Positions 50,059 through 60,679 of a stretch of 64,000 nt of DNA are shown here, one piece after another (the stretch's first letter is position 1; each line of letters begins with the position of its first letter). The position numbers and the translations under genes were made by a program. This DNA comes from Cenarchaeum sp. (GTDB lineage: Archaea > Thermoproteota > Nitrososphaeria > Nitrososphaerales > Nitrosopumilaceae): the NCBI GenBank assembly GCA_963693095.2, contig OY843768.1:128001-192000 (forward strand), written 5' to 3'. The notes beneath the pieces are model-generated. The model saw only the letters and a list, made by a program, of their open reading frames with translations, did not search any database and was not told the origin of the DNA.

Positions 50059-52185
50059 ATGAACGCGCGCGTCCGGCGCATCTTTGATGAGACGATACAG
50101 ACCGACCACAAGGTGATAACTGAGGATGTCTCAAAGTCCATTCTGCGATCATATGGCATCAAGGTTCCGCGCCACACGCTTGCGACCACTCCCGAGGAGG
50201 CCGCGCGCGCCGCGCGCTCGATCGGCTTCCCGCTCGTGATGAAGGTCGTCTCGCCGCAGATACTCCACAAGACTGACATTGGCGGCGTAAAGGTCGGCAT
50301 CAGCAGCGCCGCTGAGGCCAAAAAGGCCTTTGGCGAGATGATGCGCAACGCGCGCCGCGTCAAGGGCGCCGAGATCAAGGGCATACTCCTCGAGCAGATG
50401 GCCGGCAAGGGCGTCGAGCTCATAGTTGGCCTGCAGAACGACCCGCAGTTTGGCCCCGTTATCATGGTCGGCATGGGCGGCGTCATGACCGAGGTGATCA
50501 AGGACGTCGCGTTTCGCATGCTGCCAATCACGGCCAAAGACGTCAGGTCGATGATCTCGGAGCTAAAGGGCTCAAAGCTCCTGCAGGGATTTCGCGGCTC
50601 TGCGCGCGTTGACATGGCAATGCTCACAAAGGCCCTCCTTGCTATAGGCCGCCTCGGAGTCGAGAACGCGTCGCACTTTGAGAGCATTGACTTTAACCCC
50701 GTCATCGTGCAGCCGCGCTCGTACTCGGTCGTTGACGCAAAGATAATCCTGCGCAAGAGCCCTGATCCGGATGCGATCTCGCGCGCCAGGCCCGACTCGT
50801 CGCACATGGAGACGTTCTTTACGCCAAGGTCAATAGCGCTAGTCGGCGCGTCGGCCACAAAGGGCAAGATAGGCAACTCTGTACTTGACAGCCTCACGCG
50901 CCATGACTACAAGGGCAAGGTGTACCCGATCAACCCAAAAAAGGCAAGCATCCTCGGAACAAAGTGCTACCCTTCAATATCGGCAATACCGGGCAAGGTT
51001 GACCTCGTTGTCGTCTGCGTCGACCTGTCAGTGACGCCGCCGATACTCGAAGAGTGCGCCAAAAAGGGAATCCACAGCGTCGTTATCGTGTCTGGCGGCG
51101 GCAAGGAGCTCGGCGGCGAGCGGGCAGCATACGAGGCCGAGATAAAGCGCCTCTCACAGGAGCACAAGATTCGCATAATAGGGCCCAACTGCATTGGCAT
51201 GTTCAACGCCGCAAACAGGCTAGACTGCGCGTTTCAGGGGCAGGCGCGCATGGTTCGCGCGCGCCTGGGTCCGGTCGCGCTCCTCTCGCAGAGCGGGACG
51301 ATGGGCATCAGCTTTCTGGAGACTGCTGACACGTTTGGCCTCTCAAAGATGGTCAGCTATGGCAACAGGTCTGATGTTGATGAGGCTGACATGATATGGT
51401 ACCTTGCCGATGACGCGCAGACCAGGGTCATTGCGCTATATGTCGAGGGCTTTGGCGACGGGCGCAAGTTCATCGAGACTGCAAAGCGCGTCATGCGCGA
51501 CAAGAAAAAGCCCGTCGTGATCTGGAAGAGCGGGCGCACGGAGATGGGCGCAAAGCAGGCCGCCTCGCACACGGGCTCACTTGGCGGCTCTAACGCGATA
51601 ATAATGGGCGCGCTGCGCCAGGCCGGAATCATATCAGTCGACAGCTATCAGGAGCTCGCCGCAGTCACAAAGGCCCTGGCGTGGCAGCCTGCGGCGGCCG
51701 GTGGTGCTGCTGCGCTCACGAGCAACGGCGCGGGTCCGATGATCGGCGCAATGGACCACTTTGAGCGCCTCGGCATATCGCTTGCCAAAATATCGCCGAG
51801 AAGCCTAAAGTCGATGGTTGCGCACTTTCCAAAGACGTATGTCATCGGCAAGGGCAACCCCGTGGACGTCACGGGCGGCGCGACGGCTGAGGACTATCAG
51901 TATGTCATAAAGACGTTCATGGCCGATCCGGCCGTGGACATTGTCATGCCGTGGTTTGTCTTCCAGGACGACCCCCTCGACGAGGTCATCATAAAGTACC
52001 TCGCCGAGTTCTCCAAGAGGCGCAAAAAGCCGATCCTCGTGGGCGGCAACGGCGGCCCCTACACGGCGCGCGTCTCGGCGATGATAGAGGCCAACAAGAT
52101 ACCAGTCTATGACGACCTGCGCGACTGGGTTGCGGCCGCCTCGGCCCTGGCCCAGTGGGGCGCACGCGGGGGCCACAAGAGATGA
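50059..52185 (+). CDS. ADP-forming acyl-CoA synthetase, probable 3-hydroxypropionyl-CoA synthetase (3HP/4HB cycle)
   Basis: ATP-grasp HKTDIGGV, CoA-binding VGAS, GPNCIG and SHTGSL phospho-His; next to a crotonase. Confidence 0.88.
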   Translation: MNARVRRIFDETIQTDHKVITEDVSKSILRSYGIKVPRHTLATTPEEAARAARSIGFPLVMKVVSPQILHKTDIGGVKVGISSAAEAKKAFGEMMRNARRVKGAEIKGILLEQMAGKGVELIVGLQNDPQFGPVIMVGMGGVMTEVIKDVAFRMLPITAKDVRSMISELKGSKLLQGFRGSARVDMAMLTKALLAIGRLGVENASHFESIDFNPVIVQPRSYSVVDAKIILRKSPDPDAISRARPDSSHMETFFTPRSIALVGASATKGKIGNSVLDSLTRHDYKGKVYPINPKKASILGTKCYPSISAIPGKVDLVVVCVDLSVTPPILEECAKKGIHSVVIVSGGGKELGGERAAYEAEIKRLSQEHKIRIIGPNCIGMFNAANRLDCAFQGQARMVRARLGPVALLSQSGTMGISFLETADTFGLSKMVSYGNRSDVDEADMIWYLADDAQTRVIALYVEGFGDGRKFIETAKRVMRDKKKPVVIWKSGRTEMGAKQAASHTGSLGGSNAIIMGALRQAGIISVDSYQELAAVTKALAWQPAAAGGAAALTSNGAGPMIGAMDHFERLGISLAKISPRSLKSMVAHFPKTYVIGKGNPVDVTGGATAEDYQYVIKTFMADPAVDIVMPWFVFQDDPLDEVIIKYLAEFSKRRKKPILVGGNGGPYTARVSAMIEANKIPVYDDLRDWVAAASALAQWGARGGHKR

Positions 52186-52219
52186 CATTTATGGCGGCAT
52201 ACGGGAGCCCTGGCACATA

Positions 52220-52981
52220 ATGGCGCTCGTAGAGCACTCGACAACCGAGTCTGTCTGCACGGTAAAGATCAACCGCCCCGACAAGCTCAACGCGATGAAC
52301 ATGGACGTCGCGCGCGAGCTCATTCGCACGTTTGAGTCCCTTGCGCTCGACGAAAAGGTTCGCGTTATAATCCTGACCGGTGAGGGTGACAGGGCCTTTT
52401 CGGCAGGCGCCGATATAGAGTACATGTCACGCATCACGCCTGATGAGTCAGTAGAGTACGCAAAGCTCGGGCAGCTCCTCACGCAGACAGTCGAGCTTGT
52501 CCCGCAGCCGACGATAGCGGCAGTCAACGGGTACGCGCTAGGCGGCGGATGCGAGCTAGCAATGTCATGCGACATACGCATTGCCGCCGAGACTGCAAAG
52601 CTCGGGCAGCCCGAGGTCACGATAGGCATACCGCCGGGATGGGGCGGCACGCAGAGGCTCATGCGCATTGTCGGAATAGCAAAGGCAAAAGAGCTCGTCT
52701 ATACGGGCAAGGCCGTAAAGGCCGAGGAGGCCCGCGAGATAGGCCTCGTCAACAGGGTCGTCCCGCTAGAGTCACTCGCCGAGGAGGCTAACTCAATGGC
52801 GCGCGCGATCGCGGCAAACTCGGATATGGGCGTTCGCATGTCAAAGGTGTCGATAAACACCGGCCGCAACGCCGACCTGGCAACCGGACTTAGCGTCGAG
52901 CTGCTCGCGTGGCGCAACTGCTTTACGCACGAGGACCGCAAGGAGCGCATGACGGCCTTTGTCAACAAGTCAAAACACTAG
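52220..52981 (+). CDS. Enoyl-CoA hydratase, probable 3-hydroxypropionyl-CoA dehydratase/crotonyl-CoA hydratase
   Basis: [19 protein letters not shown] and [15 protein letters not shown] motifs. Confidence 0.9.
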   Translation: MALVEHSTTESVCTVKINRPDKLNAMNMDVARELIRTFESLALDEKVRVIILTGEGDRAFSAGADIEYMSRITPDESVEYAKLGQLLTQTVELVPQPTIAAVNGYALGGGCELAMSCDIRIAAETAKLGQPEVTIGIPPGWGGTQRLMRIVGIAKAKELVYTGKAVKAEEAREIGLVNRVVPLESLAEEANSMARAIAANSDMGVRMSKVSINTGRNADLATGLSVELLAWRNCFTHEDRKERMTAFVNKSKH

Positions 52982-52999
52982 GCGCGCGCCGCACATGCC

Positions 53000-53545
53000 A
53001 TGGACCTTGGGCTTCTGAGGGCATCGCTCTCGACGCGCATTGGTGCTGATGTCGCATCCTCCAACCGCGCCCCCTCGGCGGTCCTGCTCACGTTTCACGG
53101 TCCGGGCGAGCCGTCTGTCATCATGACCGTAAAGCCGCAGCACATGAGGCAGCACGCCGGCGAGGTCGCCTTTCCGGGCGGCAAGCGCGAGGAGGGCGAC
53201 GCTGACCTCCTCGAGACTGCCCTGCGCGAGACCCGCGAGGAGCTCGGCCTGGAGATCGGCAGGGACGAGATCATCGGCCAGATGGGCGCCGTCGAGACGC
53301 AGAGCACGGGATACGTCATTGCGCCCTTTGTCCATATCCTGGAGGACTCGCCTAACCTGCGCCCCAACGCCGAGGTCGCCGAGGTCCTGCGCATTCCGCT
53401 CGGGCCGTTCCTGGCCACGCTCAAGACCTCAGGCCAGATGGGTCCCACACTCACGCACGGGCCCCACACGGTCTGGGGGGCGTCTGCGAGAATCCTCGCC
53501 GAGGTCTCCGGCAGGCTGCGCCTCGCAGGCGGGAGCTTGGTTTAA
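53000..53545 (+). CDS. NUDIX CoA pyrophosphatase
   Basis: HAGEVAFPGG...TALRETREELG and VWGASA motifs. Confidence 0.9.
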   Translation: MDLGLLRASLSTRIGADVASSNRAPSAVLLTFHGPGEPSVIMTVKPQHMRQHAGEVAFPGGKREEGDADLLETALRETREELGLEIGRDEIIGQMGAVETQSTGYVIAPFVHILEDSPNLRPNAEVAEVLRIPLGPFLATLKTSGQMGPTLTHGPHTVWGASARILAEVSGRLRLAGGSLV

Positions 53546-53573
53546 AAAGAGCCGTCGGGGAGGCGCCACCCTG

Positions 53574-53732
53574 ATGGCAGCGCGCAAGAGCTCGGCTCGC
53601 AAGATCCGCCTTATCAGAAAGGCAAAGCAGACATCGCCGGTGCCAGCATGGGTGATACTTCGCACAAAGCGCGGGGTTCGAACAAACCCAAAGCGCCGCG
53701 CCTGGCGCCAGACGGACGTGGATGTGGGCTAG
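53574..53732 (+). CDS. rpl39e: 50S ribosomal protein L39e
   Basis: KQTSPVPAWVILRT...NPKRRAWR. Confidence 0.95.
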   Translation: MAARKSSARKIRLIRKAKQTSPVPAWVILRTKRGVRTNPKRRAWRQTDVDVG

Positions 53733-53733
53733 A

Positions 53734-54363
53734 TTGGCCGACGATTCTGAGCGCGTCTACACGATACCATTGGGCAAGGTTCTCCTCTCTCCGGACAACC
53801 GCCGCGCGATGCGCGCAATCAACATGATCCGCGAGTTTGCGCGCCGCCACATGAAGGTCCAGGAGATAAAGATAGACCAGTCGCTCTCGCATGAGATATG
53901 GGCCCGCGGGATAAAGAGCCCGCCGCGCAAGGTCCGTGTCCGCATGTCAAAGACCGAAGAGGGTCATGTCCTCGTCTCGCCGTACTCGCTTGGAGCCGGT
54001 CCGGATGACGGGGCAGGGGGCAAGGACGACGCCGCGAAGGACGAGAGTCCGGCCGTGGAGGATGCGCCCGGCGATGACGTTGCGCCAGAGGCTGAGACTG
54101 CCGACGCGCCAGAGACTGATACTGCCGATGCTGCTGACGTTGCAGTAGAGCCAAAGGGAGATGACGCCAAACCTGCAGATGCTGCTGATGTGCCAGCCGG
54201 GCCAAAGGGAGATGATGCCAAACCTGCCGATGCTCCTGCCGCCAAGCCCAAACCAGCAGATGCTCCTGTTACCAAGCCCAAGGCTGCCGGTGGCAGCGCA
54301 AAGCCTGATGTGGCCAAAAAGGCAAAGTCTTCAGCACCTGCTACAAAGAAAAAGTCAAAGTAA
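53734..54363 (+). CDS. rpl31e: 50S ribosomal protein L31e with long low-complexity C-terminal extension
   Basis: ERVYTIPL...IWARGI.SPPRKVRV; D/A/P/K-rich repeated tail. Confidence 0.93.
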   Translation: MADDSERVYTIPLGKVLLSPDNRRAMRAINMIREFARRHMKVQEIKIDQSLSHEIWARGIKSPPRKVRVRMSKTEEGHVLVSPYSLGAGPDDGAGGKDDAAKDESPAVEDAPGDDVAPEAETADAPETDTADAADVAVEPKGDDAKPADAADVPAGPKGDDAKPADAPAAKPKPADAPVTKPKAAGGSAKPDVAKKAKSSAPATKKKSK

Positions 54364-54396
54364 CACTTGCACGGCCCTGATGGCCGTGTGAAAGTC

Positions 54397-55335
54397 CTAG
54401 CGCTCTATCTGGTCAATGTCGAGGCTGCACGGAACGCTAGACTCGGCCTCGGCCCAGTCAAGCGTCATGTCCGACGGTATTGCGCCGAGTGGATCGTATG
54501 CGTCAAACTTTGATGCGCCGCGCAGCTCCGAGACTACGACAATGCCCTCCTTGCCCGTGCCAGTCGGCATTGCAGTGGCCTCGCCGCCTGTCATGCCCGA
54601 GACTGCCTCCACTGTCTCGGCGATTGCGCCAACGGGCACGTCATCGCCGGTGACGTGAATGAGCGAGCCGCCGATCGTGCCGTTCGCGGCCCCCTCGTGG
54701 ATCATCTTTATGGCCTCGCGCAGCGACTCCTCGAGGCCGGCGCCCGCACTCGATGCGGCGACCATGCTGTCGCCGCCAGGGACGCTGCCGGCGCCGATCG
54801 AGCCAACAACGTGCATGATTGCCGCATTTGCCATCTCTATGCAACTGCGCGCCCCCAGGTTTGGGTTGCCCTCTAGCATTGCGTCATTGTCTACGATGAT
54901 CGAGCAGTCGCTTGCCTCACGCAGCCTCTTTAGGGCGATTCCGGCACCGAATATGCGATCGTGCTCATAGCCAAAGGGCATTATCGCAACCGAGATGACG
55001 CGCTTGCCGGCACTGGCCGCAGCGGCGGCCACCATGGGGGCGATTCCGGCCCCAGAGCGGCCCGCGAGGCCTGCCATTATGATGACTGTCCGGGTGTCTC
55101 TGGCGGCCTCTAGGACGCGCTCGGCCTCCCTGCGCGCTGCGGCGCGTATGACGTGAACCGTGGGATTGATGACCGGTGCCGTGGAGACCTCTATGGAGGC
55201 CTCGCCGTGGAGGTCAGAGGCGACGTTGCTCACGAGTACGTGCCCTGCGCCTAGCCTCGAGGCGGCCTCTGGCGCTAGCCTCGAGCCCGCGCCGCCTGCC
55301 CCGACGATCATGATCGGCTCCAATACTGTGGTCAC
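54397..55335 (-). CDS. Divergent FtsZ/tubulin-like protein (thaumarchaeal type)
   Basis: IVGAGGAG, GLAGRSG (degenerate GGGTG), IMPF.YE and IVDND motifs. Confidence 0.8.
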   Translation of the reverse strand: MTTVLEPIMIVGAGGAGSRLAPEAASRLGAGHVLVSNVASDLHGEASIEVSTAPVINPTVHVIRAAARREAERVLEAARDTRTVIIMAGLAGRSGAGIAPMVAAAAASAGKRVISVAIMPFGYEHDRIFGAGIALKRLREASDCSIIVDNDAMLEGNPNLGARSCIEMANAAIMHVVGSIGAGSVPGGDSMVAASSAGAGLEESLREAIKMIHEGAANGTIGGSLIHVTGDDVPVGAIAETVEAVSGMTGGEATAMPTGTGKEGIVVVSELRGASKFDAYDPLGAIPSDMTLDWAEAESSVPCSLDIDQIER

Positions 55336-55409
55336 TGCATAGGGGGCTGCGCGGTTTGGATAAAAAAGCTTCCCGTGTAGCCTTAATCATACCTGCGATC
55401 TAAAGTTTT

Positions 55410-56684
55410 TTAGCTCATCGCCACGGCCAAGAGGCAGTGAGTCGTCGCCCTGGTCACCTCGGCCTCTAGGCGCTCTCCTGCCGGGGCACTGCCGCACCCA
55501 TCAACGTCGAGCTGCCTGTAGGCCCCGTTGCGGCCCACCATGCCTCGCTCGCCCCTGCCGGTGAGCCTGACCTGGCCCTTCCAGCCGACCCACGCCTCGC
55601 TGGCCTCGAGTACGATCCTGCCGGCCAGGTCGTGTATCTCCTTGCTGCGCCGCTTGACGGCCCGCTCGTCGGGGCGCTCGAGCAGGGCCGCCTCGGTGCC
55701 CGGCCTGGAGCTGTACCTGGAGAGGTTTACAATGTCAGGCCGCGTCTCCTCGAGGAGGCGCACGGTCTGCGCATGGTCATCGTCAGTCTCGCCGGGATAG
55801 CCGACGATGATGTCAGTGGCCACGGTAAATCTCGCAAAGCGCCGCCTCATCGTCTCGCACGCGCGCGCAAACGTCTGCGCCGTGTGACCACGCTTCATCG
55901 CGCCGAGGATGGCGTCGCTTCCGCTCTGGACGGGCATGTGGAGGAATCGGTATATGCGCGGATCGGCCTCCATGGCGTCTGCAATGCCGTCAAGCGTGCG
56001 ACCCGCGTACATTGGGTTCATCATGCCAACGCGCACGCCAAAGTCGCCCTCGACGTCGCTTACTGCGCGCAATAGCTCCGGCAGGCTCGAGTCGATGTCA
56101 TGCCCATAGCACCCGTTGTCAGTCGACGTTAGCCATATCTCACGGCACCCGTCGCGCACATCGGCGCGAACCTGCCTGACGATATCGCCGACGCGATAGC
56201 TCTGAAGTCCACCCTTTGCGAGCTTTGTCTGGCAGAATGAGCACTCACTCATGCACCCGCTTGCAATCTCGACTATTCCCACCAGTGGATCCAGGCGCAC
56301 CTTTGGCAGGCCGACCTTTGTGTCTGTCCCGTCAAGCGCAACGCGCCGCTCGCCGACAAGGGCTGCATTGACAAGCTCGCCGGCGCGCGATATTGCTCCC
56401 GGCCCCATCATGCCGGCCTGCGGCGTAATCTTGCGCACGGTCTCTGGCTCGGCCTTTGCCATGCATCCGGCAACGACTAGTGGTCTTGAGGAGAGGTGTC
56501 GCATTCGCTGGATCATGCGTCTTGCCGTGGCGTCCTTTACCGAGCACGTGACGATGACACTAGCGTCGGCATCGCCCTCGCCGTCAGCTATCGTGTGGCC
56601 CTCTGAGCGCAGGACACCGGCGATCATCTCCGAGTCGGCCCTGCTCGCCGAGCACCCGTACTCTTCAATGTGGACCCTCGCCGT
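55410..56684 (-). CDS. tRNA methylthiotransferase (MiaB-like, archaeal MtaB type)
   Basis: YGCSAS, TCSVK, AGC, radical SAM CMSECSFC and HMPVQSGSD motifs; start codon uncertain. Confidence 0.92.
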   Translation of the reverse strand, partial: TARVHIEEYGCSASRADSEMIAGVLRSEGHTIADGEGDADASVIVTCSVKDATARRMIQRMRHLSSRPLVVAGCMAKAEPETVRKITPQAGMMGPGAISRAGELVNAALVGERRVALDGTDTKVGLPKVRLDPLVGIVEIASGCMSECSFCQTKLAKGGLQSYRVGDIVRQVRADVRDGCREIWLTSTDNGCYGHDIDSSLPELLRAVSDVEGDFGVRVGMMNPMYAGRTLDGIADAMEADPRIYRFLHMPVQSGSDAILGAMKRGHTAQTFARACETMRRRFARFTVATDIIVGYPGETDDDHAQTVRLLEETRPDIVNLSRYSSRPGTEAALLERPDERAVKRRSKEIHDLAGRIVLEASEAWVGWKGQVRLTGRGERGMVGRNGAYRQLDVDGCGSAPAGERLEAEVTRATTHCLLAVAMS

Positions 56685-56691
56685 GGCCGCC

Positions 56692-58053
56692 TCACCTGAG
56701 TAGCGCGTCCATCTCGGCGCTCGTTGCAATCCCGCCGGCGACTGCAAGCTCCCTGATCGTCTTGCCTGTTGCAAGTGACTCCTTGAAGAGGGCCGCGGCC
56801 CTCTGGTAGCCTATCTTTGGCGCGAGGAGCGTGACTATGACGGGGCTGCCCTCTATGCGCCCGCGCATCTTGGCCTTGTCAGCACCTAGGCCGTCGATGA
56901 GGTTTGCTGCAAACTTTGGCCCAAAGCCGGCGAGCATGTCTAGTGAGTCAAGCGTGCGGTCGATCATGACGGGAAGCATGACGTTGAGCTCAAACTGGCC
57001 CGCAGACGCCGCTGCGGCGACTGCGGCATCGTTGCCAGATATTGCGATGCAGACCATGTTCATGCACTCGGCGAGTGACGGGTTTACCTTTCCGGGCATT
57101 ATCGACGAGCCCGCATGGACCGCCGGTATCGAGAGCTCTGCAATTCCGGCGACAGGGCCTGACGCCATGAGCCTAATGTCATTTGACACCCTGCCTAGCT
57201 CGACGGCGAGGCCGCGCAGCGCGCCGGAGAGTGACGCGATGGCCTGCCTGCTCTGGAGGCCATACTGCATGTCTGGCTCGGGGCGCAGTTTTAGCCGCGA
57301 CACGCGCGCAAGCTCGGCGACTGCAGCACGCCTGTAGCCGCGCGGAGTGTTTGCGCCAGTTCCTACTGCCGTTCCGCCAAGTGCTACGGCCTCTAGCGGC
57401 CTGGCAGCGGCCGCTATAGAGTCGCGCGCCGACTTTATCGCAGTCGCGTACGCGCCAAACTCGGCGCCAAGCGTGACGGGAAGCGCGTCCATTAGGTGCG
57501 TGCGCCCGAGCTTTTTGTGCGAGGAGAATGCCCTTGACTTTTTTCGCAGCGAGGAGACTATGCGGTCTATGGCCGGAAGCGTGGCCTTTGTGGCGCCGAG
57601 TGCGGCCACGTGCATTGCTGTGGGAAACGTGTCGTTGCTTGACTGTGACATGTTGACATGGTCGTTTGGGTGGAGGTGCCCGTACTCGCCGCGCCTCTTG
57701 CCGAGCTTTTCGAGGGCGACGTTTGCGATGACCTCGTTTGTGTTCATGTTGAGCGCCGTGCCGGCCCCCGAGTTTATCGCGTCGACTGCAAAGTCCCCCA
57801 TGTGCTCCCCGCCGAGTATGGCGTCACACGCCCTGGTTATCGCGCGACCCGTGGACTTTGGAAGGGCGCCGACGCGCATGTTGGCGACAGCCGCTGACCT
57901 CTTTGTCATTACAAACGCCCTGATGAGGCCGTCATGCGACCTCCTTCCAGTGACCGTGTACTGGGCGATCGCCCTGGCCGTGAATGGCCCATAGTATGCC
58001 GAGTATGGCACCTTTACGTCGCCTAGCGAGTCCGTGTCGGTTCGCGTCTTCAT
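56692..58053 (-). CDS. Class II fumarate hydratase / aspartate ammonia-lyase family
   Basis: HPNDHVNMSQSSND, GRTHLMDA and GSSIMPGKVNP motifs. Confidence 0.92.
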   Translation of the reverse strand: MKTRTDTDSLGDVKVPYSAYYGPFTARAIAQYTVTGRRSHDGLIRAFVMTKRSAAVANMRVGALPKSTGRAITRACDAILGGEHMGDFAVDAINSGAGTALNMNTNEVIANVALEKLGKRRGEYGHLHPNDHVNMSQSSNDTFPTAMHVAALGATKATLPAIDRIVSSLRKKSRAFSSHKKLGRTHLMDALPVTLGAEFGAYATAIKSARDSIAAAARPLEAVALGGTAVGTGANTPRGYRRAAVAELARVSRLKLRPEPDMQYGLQSRQAIASLSGALRGLAVELGRVSNDIRLMASGPVAGIAELSIPAVHAGSSIMPGKVNPSLAECMNMVCIAISGNDAAVAAAASAGQFELNVMLPVMIDRTLDSLDMLAGFGPKFAANLIDGLGADKAKMRGRIEGSPVIVTLLAPKIGYQRAAALFKESLATGKTIRELAVAGGIATSAEMDALLR

Positions 58054-58103
58054 GCAGCCGCGTCGCTGCGCGTCCCGTTAATCACTCTTTGCGGCCCGTC
58101 TGC

Positions 58104-58214
58104 GTATGAGGTCAGCACCCTCGCCTGTTCATGCCTGGGCAGACGCCGCAGTGGCAAGTCGATATGCCGGATCACGCCCATTTGGTCAAATGGGCAGAGG
58201 TGCTGACCTCATAC
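58104..58214. mobile_element. 111-bp MITE-like element, intact copy
   Basis: Perfect 16-bp inverted ends GTATGAGGTCAGCACC / GGTGCTGACCTCATAC; internal palindrome GCCCATTTG-GT-CAAATGGGC. Confidence 0.85.
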
Positions 58215-58220
58215 TGGTAG

Positions 58221-59543
58221 CTAGAGCATTGCCGGAACCTTGAGCCGCTCGAGCGCATTGTGCGCCTTTATGCGATATAGCGCAGCGTCGCGCTCGGCCT
58301 CCACAAAGTCAAGGCGCCTGACCATGTCTGGCAGGTCGGGTATGAGCGCAGACCCCTCGCACTTTTCCTGGTAGTGATTTGCGTTGACCCGAACCCATTC
58401 GGAGGCGACCGAGGCGAGGAAGAGGAGTCCGTCGTATCCAAGCGCTGACTCAAGTGCCGCAGAGAATGACTCGCGGTTCGCATTTGCGCTCCACCGAACT
58501 GCCATGTCGCGCAGGCGCGATATCTCGCCTGCGTGGCTTGTGAGATCCCTGGTAATCGCATCGTCAGGAAACGATGCTCCACTGGCGTCGCGCATTCTGC
58601 CATGTAGGTCAAAAAGTATGTGGAGCTCTATGACCATCTGCTTGACACAGTTGAGGATCTTGTGGCGCTCTAGTCGGTTCCACAGTGGCGAGAGCGTGTT
58701 GCCCATCGACTGCACCTCGTTTTGCAGCCTGTGCCGACCAAGTGCGTCATACAGCGCACACCTGATCCTGATCAGCTCGGAGGCGGTGTGGATTGCGCCA
58801 TCTCCCATCTGGTCATAGTCAGCACAGTGGGTTGGGTTCTGCGCCACATACGCGTCTATCCTGCTGGAGAGACTTGCCCAGTCAGACAGCCCGATTGGCG
58901 CCTCGGAGGGAATCTTGGAGAGTGCGGCGCAGAATGACTCTGGCATTGCGTGCAATAGCCCATCAAGCAGCGCCAGGGCCATGGTTGCGCACGCAAAGTA
59001 CGGCCGTTCTGCACCGTGGCTGGCCACCATGGCGCTGTCTGGTGACTGGCCTACCTCGACCATTCCGTTGCCCGGACTGGCTATCCTGTCACGCATGTCA
59101 GGCATCCCCAAGACAAGTTTGCGCACCTCGTCAGATAGCGGCTGCAGGTGTGAGAGTTCGACCTTTGCGTCCTTAAGCTGTGAGAGCAGCCCGTCATACA
59201 TGTCGACGAACCGGTGGAGGTCGAGCGCAAGGTACTGCAGGCTAGACTTTATCAGGCAATGATCCTCATCAGACGTTCCCGGCACGAGGCCTGCCGCCTC
59301 GCGCAGCGCAAAGTCCAGCCCAATGCGAAACTCAAACATGTCAACGAGCGTCCGGTCAAGCTTGCCCTGTCTCCCGCTGCCTGACGTGGGGGCCATGTAT
59401 GCGGCGTGGGTACGGTGTATGGGCGAGGCGCACTCGGCCCCGCAATCGGCACTGCACTCGCCTGGCGCCTCATCAAGCCAATAGTCCCACATTAGCGATT
59501 GCCCCCGTGTGAGGGCGTGACATCCGTCATGCCACTGCCGCAC
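58221..59543 (-). CDS. Hypothetical all-helical protein with internal duplication
   Basis: LQYLALDLHRFVD..MRD and VKQMVIELHILFD..LRD halves; start uncertain. Confidence 0.6.
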   Translation of the reverse strand: MRQWHDGCHALTRGQSLMWDYWLDEAPGECSADCGAECASPIHRTHAAYMAPTSGSGRQGKLDRTLVDMFEFRIGLDFALREAAGLVPGTSDEDHCLIKSSLQYLALDLHRFVDMYDGLLSQLKDAKVELSHLQPLSDEVRKLVLGMPDMRDRIASPGNGMVEVGQSPDSAMVASHGAERPYFACATMALALLDGLLHAMPESFCAALSKIPSEAPIGLSDWASLSSRIDAYVAQNPTHCADYDQMGDGAIHTASELIRIRCALYDALGRHRLQNEVQSMGNTLSPLWNRLERHKILNCVKQMVIELHILFDLHGRMRDASGASFPDDAITRDLTSHAGEISRLRDMAVRWSANANRESFSAALESALGYDGLLFLASVASEWVRVNANHYQEKCEGSALIPDLPDMVRRLDFVEAERDAALYRIKAHNALERLKVPAML

Positions 59544-59788
59544 ATGGTCACCCCGGTGCGATGATCCCTGCAGCCCATACCGCGCAAATCTCCAACATTA
59601 TGTTATATGTTTTGCTGCATGGACTAGCCTCGCGAATTCGCGTGTCGGCCGCATTGTGGCGGCGTTGGAAGCGTGTGCCAGCCTCAACACGCCATGCTGC
59701 TGCGATCATGCGGCGATGGCGGGCATTTGGCAAGCAGGCGGCTCGGATCCTTGCGATCAAAAAGCTTTAACTAGAAGCGGATCGAAGT

Positions 59789-60325
59789 GTGGGCAGTGAG
59801 GTCATACGACGCATGAGCGACAAAGGTCAACCAGATCACGGGAGCACGTCTGTGGACAGGCATGAAAGTGAGGACGTGTGCCGTACACTTGAAGCGACCA
59901 TGGGCATAATCGTTCGTGTTGGACGCATAGATTATGATGTTGCAGAGTATCTTGCATGCACACAAGCAAGATCAGCCGAAAATATGCGTGGCGAAAAACG
60001 TCGGAAAATCCTGAGGCATGTTTATAGTATGAACGCGGTGATACGATACAACAATGTCAGAGGAGACCTGAATCGTAAAGACATTGACAACTCACTGAAA
60101 ATGGTGAGGCGAGTACGAAACGGCCTGGCTCATTGTGTAGAACAGATAACCCCAGACGGAGTAACGGGCAATTATGAGGTTCCGATAAGCTATAGCGCAA
60201 AATATCTGAGGCAGGTATTGAAGACTGCCGATTTATGCTCAAAAGACATAACAAAATCATTTCTGAAAAAACAACAATATGTCAAATGGAAGGAGATCGG
60301 CAAGTCAGAGACAAAAGTTGCATAG
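59789..60325 (+). CDS. Putative HEPN-domain protein
   Basis: RVRNGLAH matches the Rx4H motif; lower GC than host genes. Confidence 0.55.
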   Translation: MGSEVIRRMSDKGQPDHGSTSVDRHESEDVCRTLEATMGIIVRVGRIDYDVAEYLACTQARSAENMRGEKRRKILRHVYSMNAVIRYNNVRGDLNRKDIDNSLKMVRRVRNGLAHCVEQITPDGVTGNYEVPISYSAKYLRQVLKTADLCSKDITKSFLKKQQYVKWKEIGKSETKVA

Positions 60326-60493
60326 GGCGGGGATTTTGACCCCCCCATGATATCTTTATTGGCGTTTTGTCTAGAACTATCTCGACAGGACCTGTATTTC
60401 ACATTGAAATGATGGCGAAGGACTCGAATGGGCGACCACTACTTTCCGTGCAAAACAAGAGACGGGGCTTTGTCCACAATGATCCCTCAAAAG

Positions 60494-60600
60494 GTATGAG
60501 GCCAGCACCACGTGTGATCATTTGACCAAATGGATGCACCTTGTCCATCTACTTGCCACTGCGACGTCTGTCTAGGCACGAACGAGCGGTGGTGTTGACC
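60494..60600. mobile_element. MITE copy, inverted relative to the 58104 copy
   Basis: GTATGAGGCCAGCACC..CATTTGACCAAATGG..ACTTGCCACTGCGACGTCTG..GGTGTTGACC aligns to the reverse complement of 58104-58214. Confidence 0.8.
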
Positions 60601-60679
60601 AGGCCCGGCGCCCTAGAGAGATCCTCGATGGCCTCGATCCTGCCGTTGAGCTGCGCCACCATGCTGTCCGGGTTCCGGT

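Noticed and set aside
54397-55335. Degenerate FtsZ as a novel cytoskeletal system
   Set aside because: A divergent FtsZ homologue is a known feature of Thaumarchaeota.
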